Source of the DNA: Bacteroidaceae bacterium | GTDB taxonomy: Bacteria > Bacteroidota > Bacteroidia > Bacteroidales > Bacteroidaceae | Assembly: GCA_024400995.1 (NCBI GenBank) | Contig: JAKSLU010000002.1 | Span: 7,677 to 71,676, forward strand | Length of the DNA stretch: 64,000 bases | Direction: 5' to 3' | In this document: piece after piece, positions 26,797 through 37,528 of the stretch | How the letters are laid out: every line of letters starts with the position of its first letter | Numbering within the stretch: position 1 is the first letter of the stretch | Translations under genes and position numbers: made by a program | The notes under the pieces: model-generated | The model's database searches: none | What the model was told of the DNA's origin: nothing | The model's input: the letters and a program-made list of their open reading frames with translations, nothing else

Positions 26797-28779
26797 TCAG
26801 CTGAAGAGACGTGCAATGTGAGCAGGCGAAAGTGTGACGATGATGGGCTTACCATCTGGTGCATAGCCAGGGAGTGAGGAAGCGAAGAGCGCGTCGCAAA
26901 GTGCTTTCATCTCCTTCGTGGAAAGACTCTCACCAATGGGCGTAGCAGCCTTGCGTGCCATAGAGGCGGCCAGAGTGTGATGGAGTGTTTCGCGAGCTGC
27001 ATTGGAGTTATCTTTGTCGCTACTGAGCATGGTAGCTTCAGCATCATCGAGGATGGTCTGGAGAAGGGCTACAGGATCCAGTCCCTCGGTGCCCGCGGGG
27101 ACGCCCAAGATGGAGAAACTACCTCCTCCTAGGTTGGAAATATTGAAGCCCAGACTGTCAAGGTCCTCGCCTATGCTCTCTGCGATGTGAGCCTGTGAGG
27201 GGGAGAGCTGGATAATCTGCATGAAGAGCAGCCCCTGTGTGGCACTAGTACCCTCAGTCATACGATGGCGGTACTGATCGTAGAGGATGCGCTGCGATGC
27301 GCGGTTCTGGTCAATGAGTAGCAGTCCCTGCTCGGCGCTAGTAAGAATGTACTGTCCTTGATATTGATAGTAGGTACTATCTGTGCTGGTCCATACGGAA
27401 GCTTCCTCTGCTGGCAGGTCGCCAAAGAGGGTGGGGGAGGAAGAAGCTAGCGCAGAGTCTATAGGGAGACTTGCCTGAAGCCTAGAGGTGTTAGCTTGAA
27501 GGTCAGAGGTATTAGGTTGAAGTCCAGAGATACTAGCCAGAGACCCTGCGAAATCAGCCTGAAGGGTAGGGTGATCAGTTGGGATGCTGGGTAGATCGTC
27601 CAGATTGTATGCAGCTTCCCATCCGGATTGCACGGCGGGTTTACTCTTTCCTGCACTAAAAGGATTGAAATTGGGGTTGATGTGGATGGTGGGTGGCTGT
27701 GGGGCAGAAGAGCCTCCTGTGCCAGCCGAGGGCGCAAAGATTGGTATGTCGGGACGGTCGGCAGCAGTAAAGTCGAGGGAGGGTATGGCATTGTGCTTGC
27801 CCAGTGCCTCACGAATGGCCACTAGCAGTATATGCCAGATGTCCTGTTCGTCGGTGAATTTAATCTCCGTCTTAGTGGGATGTACGTTGACGTCTATCTG
27901 CGAGGGTTCTACCTCCAGACAGAGGAAAAATGGTACTTGGTAACCGTCCGGAATTAGTCGCTCGTAGGCTGTCTGGATAGCCTTGGCGAAATACGGATGT
28001 CGCATGTAACGCGAGTTGGTAACGAAGAACTGGTGTGCGCTCTTCTTTTTGGCACTCTCTGGAGTTCCGACAAATCCCGAAATACGCACCAGATCTGTGT
28101 CAGTCTGCACGGGCAGCAGTTTGCTGTCAATGCGCTTGCCGAAGAGCCCAAGCACACGCTGGTGAAAGTTGCCCGCAGGGAGGTTGAGCATTTGCTCTTC
28201 GTTGTGAGAGAGCGTAAAGGCTACGTTGGGATGGGCGATGGCTATGCGTTCAAACTCGGATAGTATATTGGCCAGTTCGGTACGATTGCCTTTAAGGAAC
28301 TTGCGGCGTACGGGGATATTGTAGAAAAGGTTGCGCACGGCAAAGTTTGCACCAGCGGGGCAGCTGATAGGTTCCTGACTGGTGATGCGTGAACCCTCGA
28401 TGGTGATGCTTACGCCCAGGTCGTCTTCGGGGCGGCGGGTGCGCAGTTCGACTTCGGCTATGGCTGCGATACTGGCCAGCGCCTCCCCGCGGAAACCCAT
28501 CGTGTGGAGGGCAAAGAGATCGTCAGCCTTCTGTATCTTGGAGGTGGCATGACGCTCAAAGGAGAGGCGGGCATCCGTCTCGCTCATACCCTTTCCGTTG
28601 TCAATGACTTGTATGCAGGTACGACCAGCATCAGTCACGAGCACCTGCACCATCGAGGCACCTGCGTCGATGGAGTTCTCGACGAGTTCCTTGATGACGG
28701 AGGCGGGGCGCTGTATCACCTCGCCTGCGGCAATCTGGTTGGCCACCGAGTCTGGCAGCAGATGTATGATGTCAGTCAT
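26797..28779 (-). CDS. mutL: DNA mismatch repair protein MutL
   Basis: NQIAAGEVIQRP, ELVENSIDAG, ERHATSKI, GFRGEALASI and DVNVHPTK; ATG 28779. Confidence 0.96.
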   Translation of the reverse strand: MTDIIHLLPDSVANQIAAGEVIQRPASVIKELVENSIDAGASMVQVLVTDAGRTCIQVIDNGKGMSETDARLSFERHATSKIQKADDLFALHTMGFRGEALASIAAIAEVELRTRRPEDDLGVSITIEGSRITSQEPISCPAGANFAVRNLFYNIPVRRKFLKGNRTELANILSEFERIAIAHPNVAFTLSHNEEQMLNLPAGNFHQRVLGLFGKRIDSKLLPVQTDTDLVRISGFVGTPESAKKKSAHQFFVTNSRYMRHPYFAKAIQTAYERLIPDGYQVPFFLCLEVEPSQIDVNVHPTKTEIKFTDEQDIWHILLVAIREALGKHNAIPSLDFTAADRPDIPIFAPSAGTGGSSAPQPPTIHINPNFNPFSAGKSKPAVQSGWEAAYNLDDLPSIPTDHPTLQADFAGSLASISGLQPNTSDLQANTSRLQASLPIDSALASSSPTLFGDLPAEEASVWTSTDSTYYQYQGQYILTSAEQGLLLIDQNRASQRILYDQYRHRMTEGTSATQGLLFMQIIQLSPSQAHIAESIGEDLDSLGFNISNLGGGSFSILGVPAGTEGLDPVALLQTILDDAEATMLSSDKDNSNAARETLHHTLAASMARKAATPIGESLSTKEMKALCDALFASSLPGYAPDGKPIIVTLSPAHIARLFS

Positions 28780-30442
28780 TCGGATGTAGGGGTAGAGTCT
28801 TCTTTCTTGAGATATTGCAGGGGTGCCTCGCGCCGGGGAACCCATTTCAGCTCTGATCCAGAGCGCTTGGGTCGCCACTCAAAGAGATCGTACTTGTCGC
28901 GCGGACGGATGTAGTCAAACCACTCAAAGTTGTGTAGTCGCGTGTGCTGTGCTGGTGCCATACCGATGGGGTACATCAGACCATCGTGTTCGGGTGTACG
29001 GAGGCTATCGAGCTTGCCCTCCTCGTTGTAGATAATCTGTATGCGCGGCGTCTGCATATAGATGTGATAGAGGATCGTGCTGTCTTTTTCGTAGGGATAG
29101 TACACCACCATGCCATTGCCATCGACCACGTTCTCGTGCATCTGCTTGCCACGGTAGTATGCGCGCATCTGGCGTCCTCCCACCTGGTTGTAGAGCACCG
29201 TGTCCAGTTGTTCCACCAGGAGTGCCTGACGGTCCACATAGACCGAGTCGATGGTGGAGTCATTGAGATAGGCTGTGATCTCCTCTCCCAGAATCTGGTG
29301 AGCGCCCTCCCATACGATGGGGTCCTTGAAGAGCGTGAGCGTCTTGAGTTGACTATGTGCCATGAGAGAGTCACTCACGGCCTGCACGTCACTGCGGTAG
29401 GCTCTGACGTGGTAGTAGCCGTGTAGCATGCGGTAGGCGGAGTCGGTGTCGAGATTGAAGGAATGGACTCGCAGAGTGTCTGCATGCACAAACAGAGTGT
29501 CCGTCTGCGACTGCGAGAAATCCTTGGCCAGCGCGCGTCCTGTGGCCATAGCCTCACCGGTGAGTTCGTTGTAGAATCCGTACTCGCCCAGGAGTATATT
29601 GCGGTTGACCGTGTCGCGGTAGAAGATGTTGCCAAAGGCCTCGGCCAGGCCAGTGTGCTTGTCGTAGTGCAGACTGTCGCCCAGCATGTGGCTGCCTTTG
29701 TTGAAGAGCTGCGGACGGTCGTATAGTCGTGCCTGCTCTGTGTCGGTGTTGTAGTAGCCGTTCTCGGTATATATGCGGCTGTCTCCGCTGAAGATGTTGG
29801 AGGGGCCGAGCAGGCGGCTCCACTTGGTGCGGGTGTCGTAGTGGAGCGTGTCGCTGACGAGGCGGAACTGCGGGTTGAGCGGTCGGTGGGGTCGCCGGAT
29901 TGGAGATAGACGGCCTGGCGGGTGGCGGTGTGGTCCTCGCCCCAGGCGGCCGTCAGATCGTTGTCGCCGTCGATCATACGTCCGCCGTCAAAGAAGTAGC
30001 CCTTCTTCTCCACACGGTCGTAGTTGAGGTTGTCGGTGTATAGCTTGGTCTTGCGGTGGGTCAGTACCACGTTGCGACGCACCTCGGCCATCTCCGACTC
30101 ACCGCTGTAGTAGAGTGAGTCACCTGTGAGGGTGAGGGTGTCGCCCTGCACCATCCTGACGCGCCCTACGGCCATAAAGGAGTTGGTCGCCTCGTAGATG
30201 ACGGCGCTGTCGCAGGTGAGCTTCATGCCCGTATGGGTAATGACCACGTTGCCCACGAGTATCTGCGCGCCAGGGTACACATACTGGTCGTACGACAGGT
30301 CGTCGGCGTTGACCAGATGCACACGCTCATCCGTGGTCTTGCGACGCTTAGGCGTAGCGGCATTAGCGGTAGCAAGGATGATGCTTGCCGCAATCATCCC
30401 TGCTATAATATATATAATGTATGTCAGTCGCGAGTGCTTCAC
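28776..30442 (-). pseudogene. OstA/LptA-like beta-jellyroll protein split by a frameshift near 29880-29910 (possible assembly error)
   Basis: The 5' frame (CDSA, GDSLYY, LYTDNLNYDR) degenerates after RQAV; a second frame resumes NPQFRLVSDTLHYDT and runs to stop 28776. Confidence 0.75.
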
Positions 30443-30466
30443 TTCACTTCGGTACGCTATGTCGGA

Positions 30467-31834
30467 CTACTGTTTTATCCATCCGTCGTACTGGAACTCG
30501 CAGGAGCGCCACTCGGGGCTAATGCGTACGTAGGTCGTCTTGATTTTCTCCTTAATCCAGTCGTCGAGTTTGCGTTGGGCACGCTCGTTATAAACAATGT
30601 CGCGCAGTATCTGGTAGTCCTCCACGGGATTGGCGGGATGGGCCTCAATGCGGTTCTTGAGCTTGACGATGGCAGTGAGCTGCTGGCCTTTTTCGTTCTC
30701 ATAGCGGAAGGCCTGCGATACCTGCCCCACCTGCATCGTGTCCACAACGAGGGCAATCTGCGAGGGCAGGTCGCGCATCTCGAAGCGTGAGGTCATGCCC
30801 ACCATCATGCCGCCTTGCATTTCCTTGTTAGCCATGACGCCGCGGTTGCTGCGTGTATCCTTGTCGGAGGAGTAGCGCAGAGCTGCCTCCTCAAAGGTGA
30901 GTTTGCCGCTCCTAATGCTGTTGGCTATTGAGTCCAGACGTTCTGTGCTGGCTATGTAGGCGCTATCGCTGGCCTCGGGCTTGATGAGGATGTGGCGCAC
31001 GTTGGCCATGTCGCCCTTCTTCTCGATGAGCTGGATGATGTGGTAGCCGAACTCCGTCTTGACGATCTTGCTGACCTTTTTGGGATCGGTCAGAGAGAAG
31101 GCCACGTTGCTGAACTCCGGCACAAAGCTATTGCGTCCTGCCATGCCGCACTCACCGCCTCTGGCAGCGGACACAGGGTCCTGTGACCACATGCGAGCCT
31201 GAGTGGCAAAGGTCGTCTCACCAGCGTTGATGCGGTGGGCTATCTCCTTGAGCTTGTTCTCCACGCGCTCAATCTCGGCACGCTCGTAGCGGGGCTGCTG
31301 CGTGATGATCTGCACCTCCACCTTGGTGGGGATGAGGGGTAGGGAATCGGGATTCATGTGCTTGTAGTACTCGCGCACCTCAGCAGGGGTGATGCGGATG
31401 CCAGAGCGCAGGTTGCGCTTGACGCCCTCCACCTTCTGCTCCATGCGGGCCTGTTCCTTGTACATCTCGCGGAGCTGCGGGATGGTCTTGTGGGCGAAAT
31501 ACTCCACATTCTCCTTGCTGCCAAACTGCTGTATGTAGCCGTTGATCTGGTCGTTGGCAGCCTGGATGGCTGCACTCTCGCTCACGTCGATGGAGTCCAG
31601 CTCAGCCTGATGTACAAAGAGCTTCTGGATGGCAATCTGTTCGGGGATGGTGCAGTAGGGGTTGTCCACCACCTGACCGTGCATCTCCATTGCGATGCGC
31701 GACTCCTCCACATCGGACATGAGGATGGGCTCGCTACCTACGACCCACACTACCTGATCGACCACATTACCCTGTGCCCATGTGAGTGTCTGAGTGAGCA
31801 ATGAGAGAACGAGGATGAGGAGTGGCCTTTTCAT
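30467..31834 (-). CDS. SurA-like peptidylprolyl isomerase
   Basis: VVDQVVWVVG.EPILMSD, parvulin SQDP..GG and KTEFGYHIIQL, RHILI. Confidence 0.88.
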   Translation of the reverse strand: MKRPLLILVLSLLTQTLTWAQGNVVDQVVWVVGSEPILMSDVEESRIAMEMHGQVVDNPYCTIPEQIAIQKLFVHQAELDSIDVSESAAIQAANDQINGYIQQFGSKENVEYFAHKTIPQLREMYKEQARMEQKVEGVKRNLRSGIRITPAEVREYYKHMNPDSLPLIPTKVEVQIITQQPRYERAEIERVENKLKEIAHRINAGETTFATQARMWSQDPVSAARGGECGMAGRNSFVPEFSNVAFSLTDPKKVSKIVKTEFGYHIIQLIEKKGDMANVRHILIKPEASDSAYIASTERLDSIANSIRSGKLTFEEAALRYSSDKDTRSNRGVMANKEMQGGMMVGMTSRFEMRDLPSQIALVVDTMQVGQVSQAFRYENEKGQQLTAIVKLKNRIEAHPANPVEDYQILRDIVYNERAQRKLDDWIKEKIKTTYVRISPEWRSCEFQYDGWIKQ

Positions 31835-31849
31835 TGTGTTGTTCACGGT

Positions 31850-33277
31850 TTAGTCGTGGTTGTTGACCGTCTTGAGTACCTCGGGGTCAACGCTGAAGCT
31901 GAAGCGCTTGCGCAGGCCCTCAACCCACTGGCGTTCCATATCCTGCTTGTAGTCCTCAACGACCTGAGCCTTCACGTCGGTGTAGAGCTTGGGTTGCTTG
32001 AGCACCTTGCCGTAGGAGAAGATGTAGGGGAACTTCTTCATGGGGCGTGTCTGGGGCTGACCAAATACGGCCTCATCAACATAGGCATTCTCGCCCTGAG
32101 CAGCCACGTAGGGACCATGCAGACTTACGACTACGCTATCCTTGTTGATGGTGTTCTTGAGTTCTGTACGCCAGTCACCCTCTCCGTGCTTCTTGAGGAG
32201 GGCATCAACCTGCTTGCGGAGTTTTTTGTCGTTGCTGGTCAGGTGATAAACAAAGCCACGGAAGCGGGGCTTGTCCCACTTGTAGTCCTTCTTGTGGCTC
32301 TTGAACCAGGCCTCCTGACCCTTGACATCGGCATCGGCCTTGTCCCACACCTCCTGCTTGCATACCTCGTAGAGGAGCAGACCGTCGTGGTACTCCTGTA
32401 CGAGCCAGTGGAGGGAGGGGTCCTGCTTCTCCAGCTCAGCCAGAGTCTCAAGCATGATATCCTCGCGGGTCTTGCCCGTCTGGGCAATCAACTTCTGTAT
32501 CTTGGCCTGAGCAGAGGACTCCTCAATATTCTGACGCTTGAGGCTGGTGATAATCTGAGTGCGGAGGGAGTCGTAGGGCTCAAACTGCTTGCGCTCCAGC
32601 ATCTTGATGATGTGGAAGCCCACGGGGCTCTCTACTACGCCCGACATCTCGCCCACCTTGAGGGCGTAGGCGGCGTCCTCAAACTCCTGAAGAGTGTTGC
32701 CAGGACCAATCCAGGGCAGGGCACCACCCTGACGAGCGCTGCCAGGATCCTGGCTGAGCTTGGTGGCCAGTTCGCTAAAGTCGGCACCATTCTGCAGAGC
32801 CGTGTAGATAGAGTCAATGCGGGTGCGGGCCTGTGCACGCTCCTCGTCGGTGGCGTTCTGGCGGGCCATCATGAGGATATGGGCAGGACGTAGCAGGTCG
32901 CGGCCCTGGAGCATATCCACGGAGTGCTGATAGAGGCTGCGGGCCACGCTATCAATATATTCCTCGTCCACGAGGGCGGGGGTGAGCTGCATATCGCGAT
33001 AGGTGCGGAACTCCTCGTTGTAGGATGTCAGCGTGTCCATGCGCAGAGCCTCAGCGGCAGCCACCTTGAGCTTGTAGTTGATGAACATATCAACGTACTT
33101 GTCCAGAGGCACATCCTCCACGGCACCCTCGGTGTCCTGGTTTTTGTTGTAGGCATATTCAAACTCGGCACGTGTCACGGGCTTGCCGTTTACGACCATC
33201 AGTACGGGGTCGGCCTGCTGCGCCATGGCGGACATTCCGCTCAGCGCGAGGCCCAGTATCATGAGATGTTTCTTCAT
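31850..33277 (-). CDS. PpiC-type peptidylprolyl isomerase
   Basis: DPVLM.VNG..V..EFEYAYNKN, AHIL, SQDPGSA..GG.L and ESPVGFHIIK. Confidence 0.88.
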   Translation of the reverse strand: MKKHLMILGLALSGMSAMAQQADPVLMVVNGKPVTRAEFEYAYNKNQDTEGAVEDVPLDKYVDMFINYKLKVAAAEALRMDTLTSYNEEFRTYRDMQLTPALVDEEYIDSVARSLYQHSVDMLQGRDLLRPAHILMMARQNATDEERAQARTRIDSIYTALQNGADFSELATKLSQDPGSARQGGALPWIGPGNTLQEFEDAAYALKVGEMSGVVESPVGFHIIKMLERKQFEPYDSLRTQIITSLKRQNIEESSAQAKIQKLIAQTGKTREDIMLETLAELEKQDPSLHWLVQEYHDGLLLYEVCKQEVWDKADADVKGQEAWFKSHKKDYKWDKPRFRGFVYHLTSNDKKLRKQVDALLKKHGEGDWRTELKNTINKDSVVVSLHGPYVAAQGENAYVDEAVFGQPQTRPMKKFPYIFSYGKVLKQPKLYTDVKAQVVEDYKQDMERQWVEGLRKRFSFSVDPEVLKTVNNHD

Positions 33278-33303
33278 TTGCTAATTTATGAATGTGCTAA
33301 TTA

Positions 33304-34785
33304 TTATTCGTGACGGCTATAGTTGGGAGCTTCGCTGGTGATGGTGATATCGTGGGGATGGCTCTCCATGACACCAGCGTTGGTGATGCGTGTGAACTTG
33401 GCGTTGTGGAGCATATCGATGGTAGCAGCACCGCAGTAGCCCATGCCAGAGCGTAGACCACCAACGAGCTGATAGATAACCTCCTGCATGCTGCCCTTGA
33501 AGGGGACTCGACCGGCGATGCCCTCAGGCACGAGCTTCTTGACCTCTGCCACGCCGCCCTGGAAGTAGCGGTCCTTGCTACCGTTCTCCATGGCCTCCAG
33601 TGAGCCCATGCCACGGTAGGCCTTGAACTTACGGCCGTTGAAGATGATGGTGTCGCCGGGGCTCTCCTCACAGCCGGCTACGAGCGAGCCGATCATGACG
33701 CAGTTGCCGCCAGCGGCCAGAGCCTTGACGATGTCGCCAGAGTAGCGCAGGCCACCATCGGCAATGAGAGGTACACCAGTGCCCTCGAGAGCCTTGGCCA
33801 CGTCATATACGGCGCTGAGCTGGGGTACACCTACGCCGGCTACAACGCGGGTGGTGCAGATGCTGCCCGGGCCGATGCCCACCTTGATGGCGTCAGCACC
33901 AGCCTCCACGAGCATACGGGCGGCATCGCCAGTAGCCACGTTGCCCACCACGATGTCCACACCGCTAAAGGCGGTCTTGGCCTCGCGGAGCTTGTCGATC
34001 ACACCCTTGGAGTGACCATGGGCAGTGTCGATGACGATGGCATCGGCACCAGCCTTGACGAGAGCCTCCATACGTTGCAGTGTGTCGGCTGTGACGCCTA
34101 CACCTGCTGCTACGCGCAGACGGCCCTTTTCGTCCTTGCAGGCAGAGGGCTTGTCTTTGGCCTTGGTGATATCCTTATATGTAATGAGTCCTACGAGACG
34201 GCCATCCTTATCGACAACGGGGAGCTTCTCGATTTTGTTTTCCTGCAGAATCTGGCTAGCAGCCACGAGGTCTGTCTGGGTGTGGGTGGTCACGAGGTTT
34301 TCGGAGGTCATCACCTCGTCCACGGTGCGTTCCAGATTGGGCTCAAAGCGCAGGTCGCGGTTGGTGACGATGCCCACGAGGTGCATGTTGTCATCTACCA
34401 CGGGGATGCCGCCGATGTGATACTCGGCCATCAGGGCCAGAGCGTCACCCACGGTGCTGCCGCGCTTGATCGTCACGGGATCATAGATCATGCCGTTTTC
34501 GGCACGCTTGACGATCGCCACCTGACGAGCCTGCTCTTCGATGCTCATATTCTTGTGTATCACGCCGATACCACCTTCGCGTGCGATGGCAATAGCCATG
34601 GGCGCCTCGGTCACGGTGTCCATAGCTGCTGTAACGAAGGGAATCTGCAGCTGGATGTTGCGTGAGAACTTTGTGGAGAGCTGCACGGTGCGAGGCAGTA
34701 CCTCGGAGTAGGCAGGAACGAGGAGGACGTCGTCAAAGGTGAGTCCATCCATTACGATACGATCGGCAATGAAATTAGAAAACAT
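33304..34785 (-). CDS. guaB: IMP dehydrogenase
   Basis: [18 protein letters not shown] pair, [16 protein letters not shown] and ESHPHD; -7 element at 34813-34820. Confidence 0.97.
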   Translation of the reverse strand: MFSNFIADRIVMDGLTFDDVLLVPAYSEVLPRTVQLSTKFSRNIQLQIPFVTAAMDTVTEAPMAIAIAREGGIGVIHKNMSIEEQARQVAIVKRAENGMIYDPVTIKRGSTVGDALALMAEYHIGGIPVVDDNMHLVGIVTNRDLRFEPNLERTVDEVMTSENLVTTHTQTDLVAASQILQENKIEKLPVVDKDGRLVGLITYKDITKAKDKPSACKDEKGRLRVAAGVGVTADTLQRMEALVKAGADAIVIDTAHGHSKGVIDKLREAKTAFSGVDIVVGNVATGDAARMLVEAGADAIKVGIGPGSICTTRVVAGVGVPQLSAVYDVAKALEGTGVPLIADGGLRYSGDIVKALAAGGNCVMIGSLVAGCEESPGDTIIFNGRKFKAYRGMGSLEAMENGSKDRYFQGGVAEVKKLVPEGIAGRVPFKGSMQEVIYQLVGGLRSGMGYCGAATIDMLHNAKFTRITNAGVMESHPHDITITSEAPNYSRHE

Positions 34786-34994
34786 ATCTTACGGGTATAT
34801 TAGTTTTGCGCACAAAGTTACACTTTTTTTCTGGAATAGCGAAGTGTTTGTGCCGAAAACCTCCAAAAATTAACTTATAGCAATGTAATATACAAATGTG
34901 AGTGTGTCGAAATACGTGTGTGTCCTACCTGTGTCGCCGAGCGATGTATGGTGCCTGCGGATGTGAACACTAGTGGTCTGCAAAACCGCAAGTT

Positions 34995-35086
34995 CCTCCT
35001 GGTGTATAGGGTAGTTTTTTTTAGTGTATAGGCTAGTTTTCCTTAGTGTATAGACTAATTTTTCCTAGAGTATAGGCTAGTTTTTT
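34995..35086. repeat. 22-bp-period palindromic minisatellite, copy C
   Basis: GTATAG cores at 35004, 35026, 35048 and 35070 with T-rich spacers. Confidence 0.85.
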
Positions 35087-35180
35087 ATACCGGTAAACGT
35101 GCCAGTCGGGCAGGGCAGCAAAAAGCCCCGAGTCTAGGACCCGAGGCGTTGTATGAGGATGTTTATGCCTGTGGTGTAGC

Positions 35181-36194
35181 TTAGTAAACCAGGCGGACGT
35201 TGTCAATCCAGAGCGTATTGCCCACGCTGCCGACGTAGGCACCGCCGTGGCTGGAGTCAAAGGCCAGGATGAGGTGAGTGGGTGCATCGTTTTCTGTGCC
35301 CCAGCCTTCCTCGATGATGCGCACGAGCTGTCCCTTGGAGTTCTTGCAGTAGCGCTCTACCTCGTTCAGACGCATATAGTCGCGGTAGTAGGATGTGCCG
35401 GTGATGTTGCCGTAGTGTATCTCGTAGGTGGCGTTGTTCACCCAGTCGTTGGTGTTCTTACCCCAGCGCACGGACATGGTGCCCAGACGGAGCGCGTGGA
35501 TGTTGCCCTCGGCGTCCTCCCAGCGTTTCTGCACAAAGGCATAGGCGTCGCAGAGGTCCATTCCTGCAACATCCTTTTGGCGACCTGTACCCTTGCGTAT
35601 GCGATTCTTCTCGCCAGAGAGCTTGACCTTGTAGTCAAAGCGCACGGCCTTGGGACAGCGGCTTATCTTCATGCCAGCAGAGAGTTTCTTCATGGGATCG
35701 CCTACGCCAGTGATGGGCTCCTGGGTCTCACCGAGGTATAGACTGCCAGCGGCCAGCACCTTGATGTTCACGACACCCAGCACCTTGCACTCCACGAGGT
35801 GGGTGTAGAGCTTGGCGCAGTAGCCGTGACCAGGGCGGGCCTCCTTATACACACTTACGTTGGTCTTGCTGATGCCTGCCACCTTGGCATAGACATTGGA
35901 GGTGGCCCAGGGACTGCCGCCCTGGTTGCGATAGGCCTTGGTTTCAGTCCAGTGGGCTGCAGGGGCGACCTCAGCAAGGCTAACGGTCTTGCCGCCAATG
36001 ATGGTGCTCTCCTTGATGTCGCGCGTCATCCACTGGTCAAAGTTGCCAAACTTGATAAACTCCTCCTTGCCTGTCACTGCAGTTGCACCTGCGGGCTGAG
36101 GGGCAGAGGCGAGGGTCGCGAGGGAGTAGGGGAGGGCCTGTGCACCAAGACAGAACAGAGTGCCCAAGAGAGAGAGTATTGTGTGCTTTTTCAT
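35181..36194 (-). CDS. PCMD (putative carbohydrate metabolism domain) protein
   Basis: Signal peptide; SPWATSNV, LAAGSLYLG and PTHLIL.FDSSHGGAYVGS.GNTLWIDNVRLVY. Confidence 0.8.
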   Translation of the reverse strand: MKKHTILSLLGTLFCLGAQALPYSLATLASAPQPAGATAVTGKEEFIKFGNFDQWMTRDIKESTIIGGKTVSLAEVAPAAHWTETKAYRNQGGSPWATSNVYAKVAGISKTNVSVYKEARPGHGYCAKLYTHLVECKVLGVVNIKVLAAGSLYLGETQEPITGVGDPMKKLSAGMKISRCPKAVRFDYKVKLSGEKNRIRKGTGRQKDVAGMDLCDAYAFVQKRWEDAEGNIHALRLGTMSVRWGKNTNDWVNNATYEIHYGNITGTSYYRDYMRLNEVERYCKNSKGQLVRIIEEGWGTENDAPTHLILAFDSSHGGAYVGSVGNTLWIDNVRLVY

Positions 36195-36324
36195 GTCGTG
36201 TGGGACTTATAATATTATAATAATGTGTGTGTAGAGTGAAAAAATCTGCTTTTCGGACGCAAAATTACGGCTTTTTTTCATAATTTTGCAGTCTGAAATG
36301 TAAAATTAATCAAAAAAACGCAAA

Positions 36325-37524
36325 ATGAAACACTATTTACTCCTTTTTGCAGCGTGCACTATGCTTTCTGTTCCTGCATGGGCTGAGGTTGAGACTCCTA
36401 CCGAGGACAATGTAGAACCGCTCCTGACTGAGACTGCCGAAACCATCGGTGTCGGTGCAGAGGAGCCTGCCGGCTTTGTCACAGATGTCGTCAATCGTGC
36501 CGTCAATCGTGCTATGCCCGCTCCCGTGCCCGCCGATGAGGCCCCCGTGGAGTATGGTCGCAAGGTCGTCAAGTGGGCCAGTGCTCCCAAGTTTGGCGGC
36601 TATGCTATCGGCAAGTACGCCTATAGCAACAAGGGTAAGGGTAGCAACACCTTCAGCGCCCGCCTCATCCGTGTGTATGTAGATGGAACGCTGCTCAAGG
36701 ACTTCAAGTACCGCTTGCAGATGGAGATGGAGAACGACAAGCCCGGTCCCCACTTCAAGGACTTCTATCTGGCCTGGAGCCACTGGAAGGAGTTGGAGGT
36801 AAAGGTCGGCCAGTTCAAGCGTTGCTTCAGCTTTGAGAACCCCTACAACCCCTGGGAGGTAGGCGTTGGCGACTACTCCCAGTTGGTCAAGAAGCTCTCT
36901 GGCTTCAGCGACTTCTGTCCCGATGGTGTGACCTGGAACGGTGGTCGCGACCAGGGCATACAGGTGCAGGGCGATCTCTTTCGCGTTGGTAAGGGCAAGC
37001 AGAAACGCTCCCTCGTTCACTACATGGCAGGCGTGTATAACGGTAACGGCATCAACCACGCCGACAACAACAAGCAGAAGGACTTTATCGGCTCTCTGCA
37101 GGTGCAGCCCGTCAAGGACCTGTATGTAGGCTTCTTCGGCTGGACAGGCAATGTGACCTATGGCGGCACTACTCTTCGCCGCGAGCGCTATGCCCTGGGT
37201 ATGAAATACGAGCATGAGGGCTACACCGTGCGCGGTGAGTATGCTCACCATAGCGGCAACGGCCTGCGTGCCGATGCCTGGTATGCCACCGTAGGTGTGC
37301 CCGTCACCGACTGGCTCAAGATCTATGCCAAGTACGACGTGTTCCGCTCTGGAGCAAGCTGGGACAACACCCAGAGCATCTATAGCCTCTGCCCCAACTT
37401 CCAGCTCCACAAGAACCTTATGTTCCAGCTGCAGTACAACTATGGTCACGACCGTACCCTCGGTGGTGCCAAGGGCAAGCGTGACTACCACGATTTGTGG
37501 GTAGAGACCTACTTCCGCTTCTAA
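36325..37524 (+). CDS. Porin (OprO/OprP-like)
   Basis: Signal peptide; RLIRVYVDG, GQFKRCFSFEN, GRDQGIQVQG, GVYNGNG; terminal YFRF; -7 element at 36281-36288. Confidence 0.78.
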   Translation: MKHYLLLFAACTMLSVPAWAEVETPTEDNVEPLLTETAETIGVGAEEPAGFVTDVVNRAVNRAMPAPVPADEAPVEYGRKVVKWASAPKFGGYAIGKYAYSNKGKGSNTFSARLIRVYVDGTLLKDFKYRLQMEMENDKPGPHFKDFYLAWSHWKELEVKVGQFKRCFSFENPYNPWEVGVGDYSQLVKKLSGFSDFCPDGVTWNGGRDQGIQVQGDLFRVGKGKQKRSLVHYMAGVYNGNGINHADNNKQKDFIGSLQVQPVKDLYVGFFGWTGNVTYGGTTLRRERYALGMKYEHEGYTVRGEYAHHSGNGLRADAWYATVGVPVTDWLKIYAKYDVFRSGASWDNTQSIYSLCPNFQLHKNLMFQLQYNYGHDRTLGGAKGKRDYHDLWVETYFRF

Positions 37525-37528
37525 CGGT

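Noticed and set aside
29870..29950. Programmed ribosomal frameshift in the OstA-like gene
   Set aside because: No slippery sequence or clear stimulatory structure; the junction looks garbled.
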